Of a DNA stretch of 10,595 nucleotides, positions 8,944 to 10,595 are shown piece by piece; the stretch's first letter is position 1; each line of letters begins with the position of its first letter. Source of the DNA: Oligoflexales bacterium (lineage in GTDB: Bacteria > Bdellovibrionota_B > Oligoflexia > Oligoflexales > RGVZ01); the NCBI GenBank assembly GCA_044236265.1, contig JBIIGV010000097.1:1-10595 (forward strand), given 5' to 3'. Position numbers and translations under genes: made by a program. The notes under the pieces were generated by a model. It saw only the letters and a program-made list of their open reading frames with translations. It was not told the origin of the DNA and ran no database searches.

Positions 8944-10298
8944 TCGCACCTTACTCCATCACTTGGGTTTTGCCCTGCAGCCGCCATGGCTGGGTATGTT
9001 GATGCCAACAAAGCAAACAACCAGGCGCAAATACAAATCACTCCATACTCAACCGGCAGATATCTCACGGGTAACATCCGGAGATAGTATGTCCCCTCGG
9101 GAAGAGGAAACATGTGGGTGTTTTTGATCAGATAACAAAGCCCGACACCCACGAACAAACCGATGAGCACACCAACTGTGCCAATTGTGAAACCGTGCGC
9201 CAAAAAGAGCCCCGCAATTTCTTTGCGAGTCATGCCCAACGAGCGCAAGATACTCACCTGCCCACGCTTGTGAAAGACCGTCATGATCATGGTCCCACTG
9301 ATAGAGAAGGCGGCCACCAACACAATCAACATAAGTATTGAACCCATGGTGAATTTCTCCAGTTTGAGGGCAAAGAGCAATGACTTATTTGTGATTTGCC
9401 AGGTTTTGGCAGACAGGTCTGACCATTTTTTAGCCTTCTCTACATAGGGATCCATTTTCATGGGATCGGGCACATTCATGGCCACGCCTGTGACGTACTG
9501 ATCTTCTACCAAAGATTGATCAAAATCCGGCATAAAGTAGCGCGCTTCATCGATCGAAACGACCCCCCACTTACCGTCATAGTTAAAAAGTCCCGTGCTG
9601 AGCTTGCCAATCACAACGAATCGTCGCGCCAAGGTGCCTCCAGCCAATGCAGAACTAGACGAGGCCTGCGGACTTAATACTGTGATTTCATCACCAACTT
9701 CAGCACCGATTTGAAGTGCCAACTGATCACCAAGGGCAATGCCAGGGAGGTCTAAGATGACATCGGGGCTTTGAGGAAGCATCGGCTTTTGGAGTTTAAA
9801 GAGGTCCGCCATGACGCCTTCACTGAAAGCACCATCAAAAGCCCATAAATTTGCACCTTCGGACTCCGGTCGCACACCGATAATGGTCGCTGAATTCACA
9901 AAACTGCGTCGCTTCAAGACTACATCTGTGGAGATAAATGGCTCGATATTCTTTACGTCCGGGAAACGCCGCTTGAAGTCCTCGAGCGAGTGTTCCTTAA
10001 GGCTAAACCCTGCAACTGGATTATTGGCTGCAATGATCTCCATATGCGGCTCACCAGAAAGCATTTTCCGACGCAGATCAGCCTCGAATCCGCCCATCAC
10101 AGAGAGGACTAAGACCAATGCGCCAACCCCAATAGACACACCGGCAATTGAGACGACAGTCATAAAGGATAAACCCGCGCCTTGCCGACGAATACTGAGC
10201 TGCCTCCAAGCAAGCCACCATATCCATGATGCAAATCTAGCTTTTGGACGGTCGTCAAATCTGGTCACAATGGGCCTACTTCCAAATAAGAATCGCAA
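8940..10298 (-). CDS. lolC: Lipoprotein-releasing ABC transporter permease (LolC/LolE family, single copy here)
   Basis: 452 aa with TM1 SIAGVSIGVGALVLVLSVMGGFE, a large periplasmic domain (IALGDQLA, GDEITVLSP), LLFALKLEK, ILRSLGM, three C-terminal TMs and ASTYPAMAAA. Start uncertain: TTG 10298 (GGAG 10 nt upstream) or in-frame GTG 10268. lolC, lolE and lolF cannot be distinguished by eye. Confidence 0.88.
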   Translation of the reverse strand: MRFLFGSRPIVTRFDDRPKARFASWIWWLAWRQLSIRRQGAGLSFMTVVSIAGVSIGVGALVLVLSVMGGFEADLRRKMLSGEPHMEIIAANNPVAGFSLKEHSLEDFKRRFPDVKNIEPFISTDVVLKRRSFVNSATIIGVRPESEGANLWAFDGAFSEGVMADLFKLQKPMLPQSPDVILDLPGIALGDQLALQIGAEVGDEITVLSPQASSSSALAGGTLARRFVVIGKLSTGLFNYDGKWGVVSIDEARYFMPDFDQSLVEDQYVTGVAMNVPDPMKMDPYVEKAKKWSDLSAKTWQITNKSLLFALKLEKFTMGSILMLIVLVAAFSISGTMIMTVFHKRGQVSILRSLGMTRKEIAGLFLAHGFTIGTVGVLIGLFVGVGLCYLIKNTHMFPLPEGTYYLRMLPVRYLPVEYGVICICAWLFALLASTYPAMAAAGQNPSDGVRCE

Positions 10299-10312
10299 AC
10301 TTCAAAGACTCC

Positions 10313-10341
10313 ACGATACCGTCTGAAATCTGATTCGCCAA
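10313..10341 (-). promoter_or_regulatory. Putative sigma70-type promoter for the lol-bam-lpx operon
   Basis: Minus strand reads TTGGCG (10341-10336), a 17-nt spacer, then TATCGT (10318-10313). An AT-rich, UP-element-like tract lies upstream. Confidence 0.5.
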
Positions 10342-10396
10342 GTGCTTTTAACCCCTCGAATTTATTGTTTTTAATAAATAAATTTAAAGATTAATC

Positions 10397-10423
10397 TAAA
10401 GATTTTTGGGACTTTACCGAATC
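10397..10423 (+). promoter_or_regulatory. Putative sigma28 (FliA)-type promoter, divergent from the operon
   Basis: TAAA (10397-10400, extended TAAAGATT), exactly 15 nt, then ACCGAATC (10416-10423), against the consensus TAAA-N15-GCCGATAA. Confidence 0.5.
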
Positions 10424-10524
10424 CTCTCAAGTTGGTGCTGCTCAGCAGCTCCAAAGGAATGGCCCATCACTAGCCATGTTTTAGGCTAAGGCCGCTTGAG
10501 ACTTCGCGAAGCATCTTTAGAGGA
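10422..10524. ncRNA. Candidate structured non-coding RNA or leader (family unknown)
   Basis: Nested complementary segments: 10425-10431/10495-10501, hairpin 10432-10454, 10461-10464/10490-10493, 10471-10475/10484-10488, and palindrome 10502-10511. No ORF in the track covers it. Confidence 0.3.
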
Positions 10525-10595
10525 CACTTCAAAAAATCTCTTGCCAAGCCTGATCAAAAACAGGGCATCAAGACAGTCCCTCCACTAGACCCTCA

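Noticed and set aside
473..10326. Long plus-strand ORFs (473-979, 5478-5954, 7938-8552, 9811-10326 and others) and short alternate-frame minus ORFs
   Set aside because: They overlap well-supported conserved genes, show no recognisable motifs and look like antisense or frame shadows.
10471..10488. CCUAA...AUGG on the minus strand resembles a GNRA tetraloop receptor as in c-di-GMP-I riboswitches
   Set aside because: There is no room for the intervening helix, and no matching GNRA stem or GCAAA motifs.
10422..10511. tRNA, SRP RNA, 6S RNA or TPP riboswitch identity for the structured segment
   Set aside because: No T-loop/anticodon cloverleaf, no SRP domain IV motif, no long rod with central bubble, and no TPP core motifs in order.
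10531..10573. Possible minus-strand intrinsic terminator (interrupted stem followed by T6)
   Set aside because: The stem has several mismatches and bulges, and the T-run is offset from it; too weak to call.
10566..10585. Minus-strand GTGGAGGGACTG-N4-GATG resembles the P2 region of SAM-I riboswitches
   Set aside because: The downstream GCAACC...GGTGC core and upstream AUC-AGAG are not seen, the context is not sulfur/methionine related, and the text also reads as a possible gene end (EGLVEGLS*). A cmscan with extended sequence would settle it.
10568..10594. Possible 3' end of an upstream minus-strand gene (EGLVEGLS*, TGA at 10570-10568)
   Set aside because: Only 8 sense codons are visible and nothing is recognisable, so it cannot be supported.
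1..10595. Novel multi-gene system, CRISPR array, mobile element or defence locus
   Set aside because: Nine known housekeeping genes fill nearly the whole window. I saw no repeat-spacer array, transposase, integrase or unexplained full-length ORF.

Overview
The window is almost entirely one tightly packed minus-strand envelope-biogenesis operon of a Gram-negative bacterium: lolC/E-type permease, lolD, bamA, skp, fabZ, lpxA, lpxB, msbA, lpxK. Gene order and sequence style suggest a Bdellovibrionota/Oligoflexia or former-deltaproteobacterial lineage (inference only). All nine genes are known housekeeping families, and I see no mobile element, CRISPR array or novel multi-gene system. The most unusual part is the ~300 bp non-coding right end. 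It holds a sigma70-like promoter facing the operon, an AT-rich palindromic spacer and a divergent sigma28 (FliA)-like promoter, followed by a multi-hairpin segment with no ORF that could be an unannotated RNA. Protein-level points of interest are a Leptospira-like Lys acyl-chain ruler in LpxA, an MsbA with a shortened NBD and degenerate X-loop, and the absence of lpxD, lpxI and waaA from their usual positions.
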